A stretch of 64,000 bases of DNA from Oceanispirochaeta sp. GTDB lineage: Bacteria > Spirochaetota > Spirochaetia > DSM-2461. Shown here in pieces: positions 38,841-49,100 of this stretch (positions are counted from its first letter, which is position 1; the number at the start of each line of letters is the position of its first letter). The translations under genes were made by a program, and so were the position numbers. The notes under the pieces were generated by a model that worked only from the letters and a program-made list of their open reading frames with translations, had not been told where the DNA came from and made no database searches. Location of the stretch: the NCBI GenBank assembly GCA_963666275.2, contig CAXXOA010000002.1, positions 128,001 to 192,000 of the forward strand, written 5' to 3'.

Positions 38841-40175
38841 TCAGCTGAAAAGAAACTGATTGATAATATTTTCGTAGAGTTCCTGCTTACCGCTTGTCAC
38901 AGCCGGTTCGCCCGCTTCCGCAGCGTAATTCCGCAGATCTTCCAGGGTCAGTTTTCCCTCTTCAAAGTCTTTTCCTTTCCCGGAATCGAAGGACTTGTAG
39001 CGATCTGCTTTCATCCTGTCCAGTCTTCCGTCCTCCTGGATTCTGGCAGCCACTTCCAGCCCCAGGGCAAAGGCATCCATACCGCCGATATGGGCCAGGA
39101 ACAGATCTTCCAGATCTGTGGAATTTCTACGGATTTTCGCATCGAAGTTGAGGCCGCCGGTCTTGAATCCGCCCATGGCCAGGATGATCCTCATGGCTTC
39201 TGTTGTTTCCAGGACGCTGTTGGGGAACTGGTCTGTGTCCCAGCCGTTCTGCATATCTCCCCGGTTGGCATCCACACTTCCCAGAAGCCCGTGTTCATAG
39301 GCGACCTGAAGATCATGAGTAAAGGAGTGCCCTGCCAGAGTGGCATGGTTCGCTTCGATATTGCAGGCGAAGTCCTCTTCCAGACCAAAGCTCTTTATAA
39401 AGTTCACCACAGTTTCCGCATCATAATCGTACTGATGCTTCGTGGGCTCCATGGGTTTGGGTTCGATATAGAATTTCCCCTTGAATCCGATTTTCCGTCC
39501 GTAATCCCTTGCCATCAGGAGGAACTGGGCCAGATGCTCTTTTTCTCTTTTCATATTGGTATTGTACAGAGACATATACCCTTCCCGGCCGCCCCAGAAG
39601 GTATAGCCTTCTCCGCCGAGGGCTACGTTGGATTCCAGACAGGCCTTCACCTGGGCCGCACCGTAGGAGAGGACCTGAAAGTCAGGGTTGGTGGCGGCGC
39701 CGTTCATGTACCGGGGATTAGAGAACATATTGGCTGTATTCCACAGGAGTTTGATCCCTGTAGCCTCCTGCCGTTCTTTCAGCATGGCTGTGACTTTCTG
39801 CAGATTGCTCTCGTATTCACTGATGCTGGATCCTTCGGGCGAAGCGTCTACATCATGGAAACAGTAGTAGGGAGCTCCCAGCTTGGAAATAAACTCAAAA
39901 GCGCCATCCGCTTTTTTCTCGGCTTTCACAAGGGGATCTGAATCATTCCAGGGATGAAAAATGGTGGCATTGCCGAAGGGATCCCCTCCGTCCGCACAGA
40001 AGGAGTGCCAGTAGGCAATTCCGAAACGAAGATGCTCCTTCATGGTTTTACCCAGAACCACTTTGTTCTCATCGTAAAACTTGAAAGCCAGGGGATTATC
40101 AGATCCTTTCCCTTCGAAAGGGATCTTTCCGATACCTTTAAAATATTCCGTATTTCCTACATACACTTTACTCAT
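38841..40175 (-). CDS. xylA: Xylose isomerase
   Basis: [40 protein letters not shown]. Confidence 0.98.
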   Translation of the reverse strand: MSKVYVGNTEYFKGIGKIPFEGKGSDNPLAFKFYDENKVVLGKTMKEHLRFGIAYWHSFCADGGDPFGNATIFHPWNDSDPLVKAEKKADGAFEFISKLGAPYYCFHDVDASPEGSSISEYESNLQKVTAMLKERQEATGIKLLWNTANMFSNPRYMNGAATNPDFQVLSYGAAQVKACLESNVALGGEGYTFWGGREGYMSLYNTNMKREKEHLAQFLLMARDYGRKIGFKGKFYIEPKPMEPTKHQYDYDAETVVNFIKSFGLEEDFACNIEANHATLAGHSFTHDLQVAYEHGLLGSVDANRGDMQNGWDTDQFPNSVLETTEAMRIILAMGGFKTGGLNFDAKIRRNSTDLEDLFLAHIGGMDAFALGLEVAARIQEDGRLDRMKADRYKSFDSGKGKDFEEGKLTLEDLRNYAAEAGEPAVTSGKQELYENIINQFLFS

Positions 40176-40215
40176 TGCATTCTCCTTGCAGATTCCTGCA
40201 CAAAATTGATTTCAC

Positions 40216-41703
40216 TTAACTGAAAAGACCGCTCAATGCCTCAACATAACGGGTGTATTCGGCATAGGTCTTTTCATAGATTTTCACATTTTCCGGGTCG
40301 GGCCGGCAGCTCTGACTCTCATCCAGCGCCACATGCTCATCCACCAGAGTATTGATATCCGCCCCCTCGTCCTTTTTCAGGCACCACAGGGCCTGGAGGG
40401 CTCCCCCCAGGGCCGCCGCTTCGGCGGTGACAGGCACGACCACAGGCAGGTTCAGAATATCCGCCGTAATCTGACGCCACACGGGAGAGTTGGCTCCCCC
40501 TCCGATCAGGCGGACCTCACGGGCCTGGAATCCCAGCTTCTGAAACGAGTCCAGCCCCAGTTTCATTCCCAGAATCGCCGATTCCAGGGCGGAGCGGAAG
40601 ATGTTCTCCTTCTTCACATTGGATGAAGTCATCCCCACAATACAGCCCCGGCCGTTGGGGAAGTTGGGCGTCCGCTCCCCGTTGAAGAAAGGAAGAGTCA
40701 GAATCCCCTCGCTTCCGGCGGGGGCCGATGCGCCCAGTTTGTCGAACTCTTTCACGCCGTAGTCGAAAAGCTGACGCATCTGTTCGGTGGCCACCGTACA
40801 GTTCATGGTGCACAGCAGGGGCAGCCAGCCGCCGGTACTGGAGCAGAAGGCCGCCAGGTTCCCGTCGGGATCAATAATGGGGCTGTCCGAATATCCGTAG
40901 AGGGTTCCGCTGGTTCCCAGACTCATGGTCAGAACCCCGTCCCGGACCGTTCCGGTTCCCACGGCGCCCATCATATTGTCTCCTCCGCCGGAGGAAACGG
41001 GTATCCCCGCAGGGATTCCCAGTTTTTCCGCCACATCGGCCTTCACGGTTCCCGCTGGCTCCCAGCTCTGAATCAGCCGGGGCAGGGTGCTCATCAGATC
41101 CCGCTGGGGATCCAGAGCGCGAACCAGCTCTTTGTGCCAGCAGCGGTTCTTCACATCCAGAAGGGCTGTTCCCGAGGCATCGCCGAACTCCATCACATAC
41201 TCACCGGTCAGATAGAAGTTCAGATAGTCGTGGGGCAGAAGCACATGGGCCATTTTCTCATAGGACGCGGGCTCGTTCTTTTTGAGCCACAGGATTTTCG
41301 AAGCCGTATAACCGGGCAGAACCAGATTTCCTGTCTCCTCCAGGAGTTTCTCGTCTCCCCCGAAGGACTCGGTCAGTTCCCGGCACTCTCCGGCAGTGGA
41401 GGTGTCGCACCAGAGTTTCACATCCCTCAGAACATTCCCCTCGCTGTCCAGGGGAACAAAGCCGTGCTGCTGTCCTGAAACGCCCGCAGCCTGGGCGGTT
41501 TTTTTAATTTCCGGATCGATAGCGGCAAAACAGCTTTCCAGGGCGGTGATCCACCAGCGGGCCTTCTGTTCCCGGCTGCCGTCGTCCCGGCTGATCAGAT
41601 CATGGGGGGCTGTGGCCGAAGCGGCGATGGTTTTATTCTCATAGTCATAGAAAACAACCTTGGTACTCTGGGTTCCGTTGTCTATTCCGATTACTGTTTT
41701 CAA
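40216..41703 (-). CDS. xylB: Xylulokinase
   Basis: GIDNGTQSTK, SGQQHG, GGGDNM, SLGTSG, GERTP, GGGANS. Confidence 0.95.
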   Translation of the reverse strand: MKTVIGIDNGTQSTKVVFYDYENKTIAASATAPHDLISRDDGSREQKARWWITALESCFAAIDPEIKKTAQAAGVSGQQHGFVPLDSEGNVLRDVKLWCDTSTAGECRELTESFGGDEKLLEETGNLVLPGYTASKILWLKKNEPASYEKMAHVLLPHDYLNFYLTGEYVMEFGDASGTALLDVKNRCWHKELVRALDPQRDLMSTLPRLIQSWEPAGTVKADVAEKLGIPAGIPVSSGGGDNMMGAVGTGTVRDGVLTMSLGTSGTLYGYSDSPIIDPDGNLAAFCSSTGGWLPLLCTMNCTVATEQMRQLFDYGVKEFDKLGASAPAGSEGILTLPFFNGERTPNFPNGRGCIVGMTSSNVKKENIFRSALESAILGMKLGLDSFQKLGFQAREVRLIGGGANSPVWRQITADILNLPVVVPVTAEAAALGGALQALWCLKKDEGADINTLVDEHVALDESQSCRPDPENVKIYEKTYAEYTRYVEALSGLFS

Positions 41704-41795
41704 AGTATTCCTCCCTGGTGAATCCCATTATCAGACGACTTTTGTGTCCCAAGAATGGACAAAATCTATATTTCATGCATAAAATTGACATTACT

Positions 41796-42629
41796 ATGGA
41801 AATTCTTGATGTTGTTTTTGTCTATCAGATGAGGGAGGAGACAGAAATTCAGTGGCACAGCCGCCGGCACTCCCACGGGCAGGACGAGTACGAACTCCAC
41901 TATTTTATCCAGGGACAGCCCCGGTTCCAGAACAATCTCAACAAATTCATTATCAATCCGGGAACCATATGCATGACCAGGCCCGGGGTTAAACACTCCA
42001 TCATTGTCAATGAGGGAGAAAGTCCCATCTCCTACTATGCGGTTCTTCTGAAAACTGATGAAAACAGCAGTATTTCTGATCTGCTCAATACAGAAATCCG
42101 CTATGACAGGACCTATGAAGTGGGAACCAACTACCGCTTTTTCTTTGAGGAAATCAAAGAGAAGGGCCTCTCCCCCAGCAGGGCCCTGCGGCAGTCGGCA
42201 CTGCATCAGCTGATATCCTTCCTCTATATCCTCTCGGGAGAGGAGGATTTCCACTTTTCCGACAGCCGGAATTCCCATATCGAAAAGGCACTGAAAATTA
42301 TGCAGAACAACGTTACCTCCGACCTGGACCTGGACAGGATTGCCCGGAGGCTGGGGCTCAACAAGTCCTATTTTATAAGGCTCTTCCAGCAGAAAATGAA
42401 AACAACCCCCATGAAATACTTCACCCGTTTGAGGATAGAAGCCGCCAGCGCCATGCTGACCAGTACAGACCGATCTCTGGCAACCATTGCCCAGGATCTC
42501 AATTTCTACAGTGAATTTCACTTCAGCAGAGTCTTCAAGCAGTACACCGGCAGCTCTCCCTCCCTCTACAGAAAGCAGTATCTGCAGCTGGAAGGCCGGA
42601 TAAATCCGTACAGACAATCGATTTCCTGA
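41796..42629 (+). CDS. AraC family regulator, divergent from xylB
   Basis: HSH..YELHY cupin, FYSEFHFSRVFK HTH; start uncertain (41718/41775/41796). Confidence 0.88.
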   Translation: MEILDVVFVYQMREETEIQWHSRRHSHGQDEYELHYFIQGQPRFQNNLNKFIINPGTICMTRPGVKHSIIVNEGESPISYYAVLLKTDENSSISDLLNTEIRYDRTYEVGTNYRFFFEEIKEKGLSPSRALRQSALHQLISFLYILSGEEDFHFSDSRNSHIEKALKIMQNNVTSDLDLDRIARRLGLNKSYFIRLFQQKMKTTPMKYFTRLRIEAASAMLTSTDRSLATIAQDLNFYSEFHFSRVFKQYTGSSPSLYRKQYLQLEGRINPYRQSIS

Positions 42630-42761
42630 GAAAAAGCTTTTTCTATCCCCTTTGCGCCGATTCCCAAAACCCCAGTAATCCGCTAATATAGGAAATTAAT
42701 TTTACGGGTGTCATAGAGGCATTTCTGCCCATGCCCCCATACAATACGAGGAGATATCTAT

Positions 42762-44060
42762 ATGAATCCCCAGGCCGAAGTGCTGAACAATGTACTGAAA
42801 AACCAGAACCCTGCCGTTTTTTCTCTTTTATCCAAACGCGGAAAAGAGATCTTTTTTCCTAAAAAAGGTCTTGTAATGCAGGGTCAGGATGCCAGCGGTA
42901 AAAGGATCAACGCATCTATAGGTATGGCTACCGAGGATGACGGTTCTCCTATCCGCTTATCAGCTCTGGAAAAACTTGTGAACATGTCTCCTGAAAAAGT
43001 ATTTCCCTATGCCCCCAGTTACGGCCTCATGGCCCTCAGGAAAACCTGGCGGGAAATCATCCGGAAAAAGAATCCGGCTTTAGAAAAAACAGAACTGACC
43101 CTCCCTGTTGTTACCAATGCCCTGACCCACGGCCTGAGTATGGCCGGATACCTTCTGATCGACGAAGGGGATGAAATTATCACACCCGAATACTACTGGG
43201 GTAACTACAACCTGGCGTTCTGCAATGCCTACGGGGCCAGAATGAGCTGCTATACCATGTACGATGGAGAGGGTTTCAACCTGGCCGGGCTGGAAGAGAA
43301 GCTTGACAGCCCGGGAGAAAAGAAAGTGGTTCTCCTCAACTTTCCCAACAACCCTACCGGATATACTCCCACAGAAGAGGAAATGCAGGGGATTGCAAAG
43401 ATTCTCAAAAAAGCAGCCGGAAAAGGGAAAAACATAGCCGTTCTGATCGACGATGCCTATTTTGGCCTTGTATACGAAGACGGAATTGCCAGAGAGTCCA
43501 TTTTTTCCCATCTGGCAGAACTGGATGAGAGGATTCTGGCTGTAAAAATCGACGGAGCCACCAAAGAGGACTATGTCTGGGGATTCCGGGTTGGTTTCGT
43601 AACCTTCTCCTGGAAAGGCATGACTGAATCGGCCGGCCAGACTCTGGTGGATAAAATTGCCGGGGCCGTCAGGGGAAATATCTCAAACGACAGCATTCTC
43701 TCCCAGAACCTCCTGCTTACAGCCTATGAGGATCCCTCCTACGAGGCAGACAAAGTGAATAAGTTCGAGCTTCTCAGAAGCCGGTACGATCTTGTCAGGA
43801 AAACCCTGGAAGCCCATAAGGAATACAGTGAGTATTTTGAAGCGATTCCTTTCAACTCAGGCTACTTTATGTGTGTGGAGATGAAGAAACAGGATGCCGA
43901 AGAGGTCAGACAGAAACTCCTCAAGGAGTATGATACCGGAATCATCGCTCTGGGAAATCTGATCAGGGTAGCCTATTCCTCTCTTCCTGCAAAATATATT
44001 GAGGAGCTTTTCGACAACCTCTTCAATGCCTGTAAAGATGTGGAAAGGGAAACAAAATAA
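42762..44060 (+). CDS. Aminotransferase class I/II (PLP)
   Basis: NFPNNPTGY, DDAYFG, DGATKE..WGFRVG. Confidence 0.92.
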   Translation: MNPQAEVLNNVLKNQNPAVFSLLSKRGKEIFFPKKGLVMQGQDASGKRINASIGMATEDDGSPIRLSALEKLVNMSPEKVFPYAPSYGLMALRKTWREIIRKKNPALEKTELTLPVVTNALTHGLSMAGYLLIDEGDEIITPEYYWGNYNLAFCNAYGARMSCYTMYDGEGFNLAGLEEKLDSPGEKKVVLLNFPNNPTGYTPTEEEMQGIAKILKKAAGKGKNIAVLIDDAYFGLVYEDGIARESIFSHLAELDERILAVKIDGATKEDYVWGFRVGFVTFSWKGMTESAGQTLVDKIAGAVRGNISNDSILSQNLLLTAYEDPSYEADKVNKFELLRSRYDLVRKTLEAHKEYSEYFEAIPFNSGYFMCVEMKKQDAEEVRQKLLKEYDTGIIALGNLIRVAYSSLPAKYIEELFDNLFNACKDVERETK

Positions 44061-44119
44061 GGGATTCCCGCCCCTTTCTTCCCCCGGGAAGATAAAAATA
44101 CTAAAAATTAATAAGATTT

Positions 44120-44161
44120 AAAAAAGGGATAGTCTCCGCAGAGGGACTATCCCTTTTTTTT
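44120..44161. terminator. Bidirectional rho-independent terminator
   Basis: A6-GGGATAGTC...GACTATCCC-T8 between convergent genes. Confidence 0.9.
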
Positions 44162-44393
44162 ACTCCACCTGCAGGATCTCTGAACTCTTCAGGATAACAG
44201 CCAGGCCGAAAATCGAATCATCACTGATATAGTCCATATGCGGGGCCTTATCCATGACCCCCAGAGAGATATGCCAGGCCCGGATATGCTCCCAGGCTTC
44301 GGGAGGCATAATAACCTGTACAGGTTTCTCCCCCGCCTCCTGCAGAGACAGTTTCTGTCGGTAAATTTCAGCAACCAGCTCTTCCGCTCTCAT
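44160..44393 (-). CDS. Hypothetical 77-aa protein, possible HK97 A-domain-only (family 4 encapsulin/DUF1884-like)
   Basis: AAGGA RBS, 3 bp after TPR gene; pattern L-x3-G-x2-P-x2-VIMPPEAWE..IFGLAV; family call is inference. Confidence 0.65.
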   Translation of the reverse strand: MRAEELVAEIYRQKLSLQEAGEKPVQVIMPPEAWEHIRAWHISLGVMDKAPHMDYISDDSIFGLAVILKSSEILQVE

Positions 44394-44396
44394 ACA

Positions 44397-44927
44397 CTAT
44401 CCTTTTCCTGTCAGTTTTTCGTACTCCCGACGGGCCTCCCCGGCACCTTTCCGGTTTCCCAGAACATCAAAGGTATCGGCCAGATTGAACCAGGCATCCG
44501 CATTGCCGGGATCCAGGGTCACCGCCCTGCTGAAAAACTCCCGGGCCCGGGAATAATCCTCTGTTACAAAACGCAGAACCCCGAAACTGTTACAGAGCCG
44601 GGAAGTTTCTCCTCCCAGGGAGACCGCTTTATCAAAAGCCTCCTCCGCCCCGTTATAGTCTTTCAGTTCGTAGAGGGCAACGCCGGTTTCACACCAGTAG
44701 TCGGGATTGTCAGGATCCCCGCCGGTGGAATTTTTCAGACAGGAGAGAGCCTGTTCCGGCTCTCTCAGTTTCAGATATTCCAGAGCCAGATTGAAGGAGA
44801 TCACCGGATGGCGCGGGACGAGCTCAAGGGCCTGCAGAAAAAGTTCTGCCGCTTTGAGATGCTTTCCCTGCCGGGAGAAATCAATCCCCCGGTTTACAAG
44901 CTCTTCCGCCCGGGATCCCTGCTTCAT
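44397..44927 (-). CDS. Tetratricopeptide repeat protein
   Basis: About four TPR repeats (ALELVP, DPDNPDYW, DPGNADAWFNLA). Confidence 0.88.
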   Translation of the reverse strand: MKQGSRAEELVNRGIDFSRQGKHLKAAELFLQALELVPRHPVISFNLALEYLKLREPEQALSCLKNSTGGDPDNPDYWCETGVALYELKDYNGAEEAFDKAVSLGGETSRLCNSFGVLRFVTEDYSRAREFFSRAVTLDPGNADAWFNLADTFDVLGNRKGAGEARREYEKLTGKG

Positions 44928-46204
44928 CAGACACCCTGGTCTTTCAATACCTTGCCGCTGTAGAGGAGAAGGACTCCTCCGATCAGGAACAGGATAACAA
45001 TGCCGCCGATCCCCACGCTGTAGGAACCTGTCATCTGTGTGGCAAATCCCAGGATAAAGGGCCCCAGGATAGCAGCGAATTTACCGAAGATATCAAAGAA
45101 TCCGAAAAACTCCCCTGCCTGATTGGGAGGGATCATGGCACTGTAGACAGACCGGGAAAGGGCCTGAATTCCCCCCTGACTGGTGGCTACCAGAAAAGAG
45201 ATCAGGATAAACATGGGGATAATCATACCCTGTCCCATAAAGGGCAGAAAAACAGCAATTGTGGAAATGACAAGATAGATGCCGATTCCCACAAAAAGCA
45301 TCGTCCTTCCCGAGGTCTTTTTTGCCAGGACCCCATAGAGGATAGCAAAGGGGAAGGCCACAATCTGAAGCCCCATCAGATCCAGAAGCAGGATGGTGGA
45401 GCTGATTCCCATCTTTGAACCGTAATCGGTGGCCATCTTGATAATGGTACCCACACCGTCAATATAGAAGAAGTAGGCCAGAAGAAAGATAAAGACCGCT
45501 TTGAATTTCCGGATATTCTGGAAAGTCTTCCAGATCCTTTTAAAAGAGTCCCGCAGGGGTCTGGGAGAGGGATCAATTCCGAATTTCTGTTTGACATTCT
45601 TCAGCATGGGGATGGAAAACCCCAGCCACCACAGAGCGGTGATCAGAAAGGCGATGCGGACCCCGTTGATATTCAGAGTGGACATATCCCCTTTGGCCAT
45701 AAGAAAGATAATCACAAGAGAAGCCACAAAGGGTATGGTGCTTCCTATGTAGCCCCAGGCGAAACCTTTGGTGGAAACCATATCCATCCTTTCCACTTCG
45801 GCCACATCCACAAGAAAGGCATCATAGAAGATATTGGTCCCTGTAAAACCAAGGGCTGTGAGGACGTAGAGAATAATCGCGGCCATCCAGGCTCCGGGCT
45901 GAATCAGGATCAGCAGGAGTGTGGAGAGGATGCCCATCATAAGGAAGGACCGGAAGTATTTCTTTTTCCTTCCCTTGTAGTCAGCCAGGGTTCCCAGCAG
46001 AGGAGCCATAATGGCGATCAGAAGAGCGTAGATACTGTTCCCATATCCCAGCACCGCGGTGGAAGCGGTATTGCTCAAACCTCCCTCACGGGCGATCTGT
46101 CCGAAAAAGAGAGGGAACACTGCGGTGGTAACCGTGATGGAGTAGGCGGAATTCGCCCAGTCGTACATGATCCAGCTGCGTTCCGACTTTGTCAATTTTG
46201 CCAT
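44927..46204 (-). CDS. MFS transporter (UMF1/BtlA-like)
   Basis: SWIMYDWANSAY, NIFYDAFL, QGGIQALSRS, EFFGFF. Confidence 0.9.
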   Translation of the reverse strand: MAKLTKSERSWIMYDWANSAYSITVTTAVFPLFFGQIAREGGLSNTASTAVLGYGNSIYALLIAIMAPLLGTLADYKGRKKKYFRSFLMMGILSTLLLILIQPGAWMAAIILYVLTALGFTGTNIFYDAFLVDVAEVERMDMVSTKGFAWGYIGSTIPFVASLVIIFLMAKGDMSTLNINGVRIAFLITALWWLGFSIPMLKNVKQKFGIDPSPRPLRDSFKRIWKTFQNIRKFKAVFIFLLAYFFYIDGVGTIIKMATDYGSKMGISSTILLLDLMGLQIVAFPFAILYGVLAKKTSGRTMLFVGIGIYLVISTIAVFLPFMGQGMIIPMFILISFLVATSQGGIQALSRSVYSAMIPPNQAGEFFGFFDIFGKFAAILGPFILGFATQMTGSYSVGIGGIVILFLIGGVLLLYSGKVLKDQGV

Positions 46205-46226
46205 TTTACCTGCCTTTTAACTCTGT

Positions 46227-48089
46227 TTAATTCCCGACCAGGGCCAGGGAAAACCAGGGGACATAAGTGATTAATATAACCATTACCAGTAGAACCAGTA
46301 AAAAAGGTATTACTCTTTTATATATCTTTACAAGGGGAGTTTCAAACCGATAGGACGCCAGAAAAAGATTCATCCCCACAGGCGGCGTCAGATACCCCAG
46401 CTGAAGGTTGGCCAGAAATATGATTCCCAGCTGAACCGGATGAACCTGAAACAGTTCCCCCATGGGGATTATCAGAGGAGCCACCACAAGGATAGCCGAA
46501 TAGATATCCATGAGACAGCCTGTCACGAGAAGGATCAGGTTCAGCATGATCAGAAAGACAACCCGGGAGTGTATATGCTGCTCCACAAAAGCCGTGAGGA
46601 TCATGGGAACCTGGGCATCCACGAGGTAGTAGGACAGCCCTTTGGCCGTAGCCAGGATCATCAGGACACCGCCTATGATAGGGAGGCTCCTGTCCATGGC
46701 CCGGAAAAGGCTGGTCCAGTTGAAATCCCTGTGAATAAAGCTCTGAAGGACAATGGAGTAGATAACAGCCACGGCGCCTGTTTCCACCAGTGTGGTAATC
46801 CCTCCGAAATACCCCGCCAGGATAATCACGGGCAGCAGCAGCTCTCCTGATGCAGCCCTGAGGGAGGAAAAGAATTCCCGCCACTGGAAGGTAAAACTGC
46901 TCCTTCGGCGGGCCCTCACACTGGCGACGACTCCCATAACAGAGAGCGCACTGACAAGAATGACCCCGGGAATGATGCCTCCCAGGAACATGTCGCGGAT
47001 GCTGATCTGGGCGGTCACACCGTACATGATGATGGGAAGGCTGGGCGGAAAAAGCAGACCGATGCTCCCCGAAGAGGTCAGCAGCCCCTGGGAAAAGGAC
47101 TCGGAATACTCACCCGAACTGGTCAGGATGTAGAGAAGAAGGGCTCCCAGAGCCAGGATTGTGACTCCCGAAGCGCCGGTGAAGGTTGTGAAAAAAGCTG
47201 ACACCAGGACAGCCATGATCGCCATTCCCCCGGGGACTCCCCCCATAAAGCTCTGGAAGAAACGGACCAGCCGCTCTCCGGCTTTGCTTTCGGAGAGAAT
47301 AAATCCTGTCAGGGTAAAGAGAGGGATCGCGGGAATACTGGAACTTGTCAGCAGGTTGTAGGCCTCATTGGGCAGAACCTCCAGGGACCCCCAGTCTTTA
47401 GAGAACAGAAAGAACGCTACCCCTCCGAGAAGGATAAAAATGGGAGTTCCTGTTATGGTGGACAGGGCAAGAACCAGAATCGCCGGAAAAGCGATGTAGT
47501 AGAATGTGTCAAAATAGAAGCTGCTCAGGGTATCCAGAAAAAGCGGGGGCATATCCATGACTGAATAGGACATATTCCCCACTGCGGGGATCGACAGAAA
47601 AAGACCGAAAAGGAGAGAGAGCAGCACCGTGACAATTCCCGTGCTCTTCTTTTTCCGGATGTAGAGAAACCGGACAGCCATCACCAGGAATCCCACTGGC
47701 ATGATCGCAATGACCAGGCGGATGGGAAGGATCCCCACGGTCTGCTCGGGATCGAAACCAATCATAAGGAATGAGAAGGAACTGACTGCCAGTCCCAGAG
47801 CGATTCCCGCTGAAAGGATTTTGACAAGGGAACGGAAGACGTTCCCGACCGGGCCTTTGAGTATTTCGCTCCCTGAAGTCAGGGAGAGGTGATTGTCCTC
47901 CCGGGAGGTGATCATTCCCGCCAGAAACGCTGTCCAGACAACTGCATTACGGATATACCCCTCCGAACCTGTCAGTCCGGATTTGAATATCAGCCTGGTA
48001 AAGATTTCCATGGTAGGCAGCAGAGCCAGGATGAGAAAAACGACTCCTGCTAATTTATCTTCAATATGATGATACCAGGATTTTCTCAT
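46227..48089 (-). CDS. TRAP transporter fused small+large permease (DctQ-M)
   Basis: N-terminal DctQ-like TMs, AIPLF, GLLFPPSLP, GYLTPPVG. Confidence 0.92.
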   Translation of the reverse strand: MRKSWYHHIEDKLAGVVFLILALLPTMEIFTRLIFKSGLTGSEGYIRNAVVWTAFLAGMITSREDNHLSLTSGSEILKGPVGNVFRSLVKILSAGIALGLAVSSFSFLMIGFDPEQTVGILPIRLVIAIMPVGFLVMAVRFLYIRKKKSTGIVTVLLSLLFGLFLSIPAVGNMSYSVMDMPPLFLDTLSSFYFDTFYYIAFPAILVLALSTITGTPIFILLGGVAFFLFSKDWGSLEVLPNEAYNLLTSSSIPAIPLFTLTGFILSESKAGERLVRFFQSFMGGVPGGMAIMAVLVSAFFTTFTGASGVTILALGALLLYILTSSGEYSESFSQGLLTSSGSIGLLFPPSLPIIMYGVTAQISIRDMFLGGIIPGVILVSALSVMGVVASVRARRRSSFTFQWREFFSSLRAASGELLLPVIILAGYFGGITTLVETGAVAVIYSIVLQSFIHRDFNWTSLFRAMDRSLPIIGGVLMILATAKGLSYYLVDAQVPMILTAFVEQHIHSRVVFLIMLNLILLVTGCLMDIYSAILVVAPLIIPMGELFQVHPVQLGIIFLANLQLGYLTPPVGMNLFLASYRFETPLVKIYKRVIPFLLVLLVMVILITYVPWFSLALVGN

Positions 48090-49087
48090 TGACCGGCTCT
48101 GAACTCTTCCAGACGGCGATTCACTTCATCGAAAATCTCCCGGGATACGGGTTTACCCGGGCCTACAATAAAACCGTAGCCCCCGGCGAACATCTCATGC
48201 CACTGGGCGACCTGGGAGTCCGTCAGAGTCAGTTCGTTCAGACCGTTCTGTCTCATCACATCCATGGCCTGTTCATTGAGTTTTTCCGCTTCCGTATAAA
48301 ACTCCCTTCCCGCTTCCTCCATGGACTGCTTCAGAGCCTCATGATACTGCCGGGGGATTTTACTCCAGGCCCTGTCTGAGATCACCACTCCTCCCACAAC
48401 GGGCATGACTTCCAGGGGATTCATATTCCGGGCCAGAGCAAACCACTGATAGGCGGCAGCCCCCATGGGAGCCGTATAGACCGTATCGATCATTCCGCTC
48501 TGCAGGCCCATGAGCGTATCATTCATAGAAAGGGGAACCACATTGAATCTCAGGGCTTTGAAAGCTTCAATCATATCCTGTTCACCCGTATCCACACCCA
48601 TTTTGGTTTTTCTTGCATCATCGGGAACATAGATCTCCCGGTTACTGAACAGATTGATCCAACCGGACTTGGACCACAGGAGGGGCTCAAATCCCTTCTC
48701 CTGAAAATCATCAGTCAGCATGGGAGTGATTTCCTCCAGAATGAAATCAAGTTCCTGATCATTGTGAATCAGGAAGGGGAGGCTGAAAACAAGGGAGTCC
48801 GAGACAATTTTATTCATTCCCACAATGGTCATAACCGCCGCATCGAGCTGACCGATCCGCATTTTCCTGACCATATCCTCTTCGGTTCCGGCAATGCCTC
48901 CGGGGTAAATTTTCAGAATGACCCTGCCGTCGGTGATCTCCTTCCAGTCCCGGGCAATCCGCTTGAGAGTCCTGTCCCATTCCGTCCCTTCGGGAAAAAG
49001 GCTTCCCATTTTAATAGTCAGTGCCGGGAGCGGAAGCAGCCCGACCATAAAAACAAGCAGAAACAGAAGATATATTTTCTTCGTCAT
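48086..49087 (-). CDS. dctP: TRAP substrate-binding protein DctP (TatP-like)
   Basis: IKMGSLFPEGTEW, IYPGG, RKMRIGQLD, LQSGMID; start 49087 behind AAGGA. Confidence 0.88.
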   Translation of the reverse strand: MTKKIYLLFLLVFMVGLLPLPALTIKMGSLFPEGTEWDRTLKRIARDWKEITDGRVILKIYPGGIAGTEEDMVRKMRIGQLDAAVMTIVGMNKIVSDSLVFSLPFLIHNDQELDFILEEITPMLTDDFQEKGFEPLLWSKSGWINLFSNREIYVPDDARKTKMGVDTGEQDMIEAFKALRFNVVPLSMNDTLMGLQSGMIDTVYTAPMGAAAYQWFALARNMNPLEVMPVVGGVVISDRAWSKIPRQYHEALKQSMEEAGREFYTEAEKLNEQAMDVMRQNGLNELTLTDSQVAQWHEMFAGGYGFIVGPGKPVSREIFDEVNRRLEEFRAGQ

Positions 49088-49100
49088 ATTCAGTTCCTTA

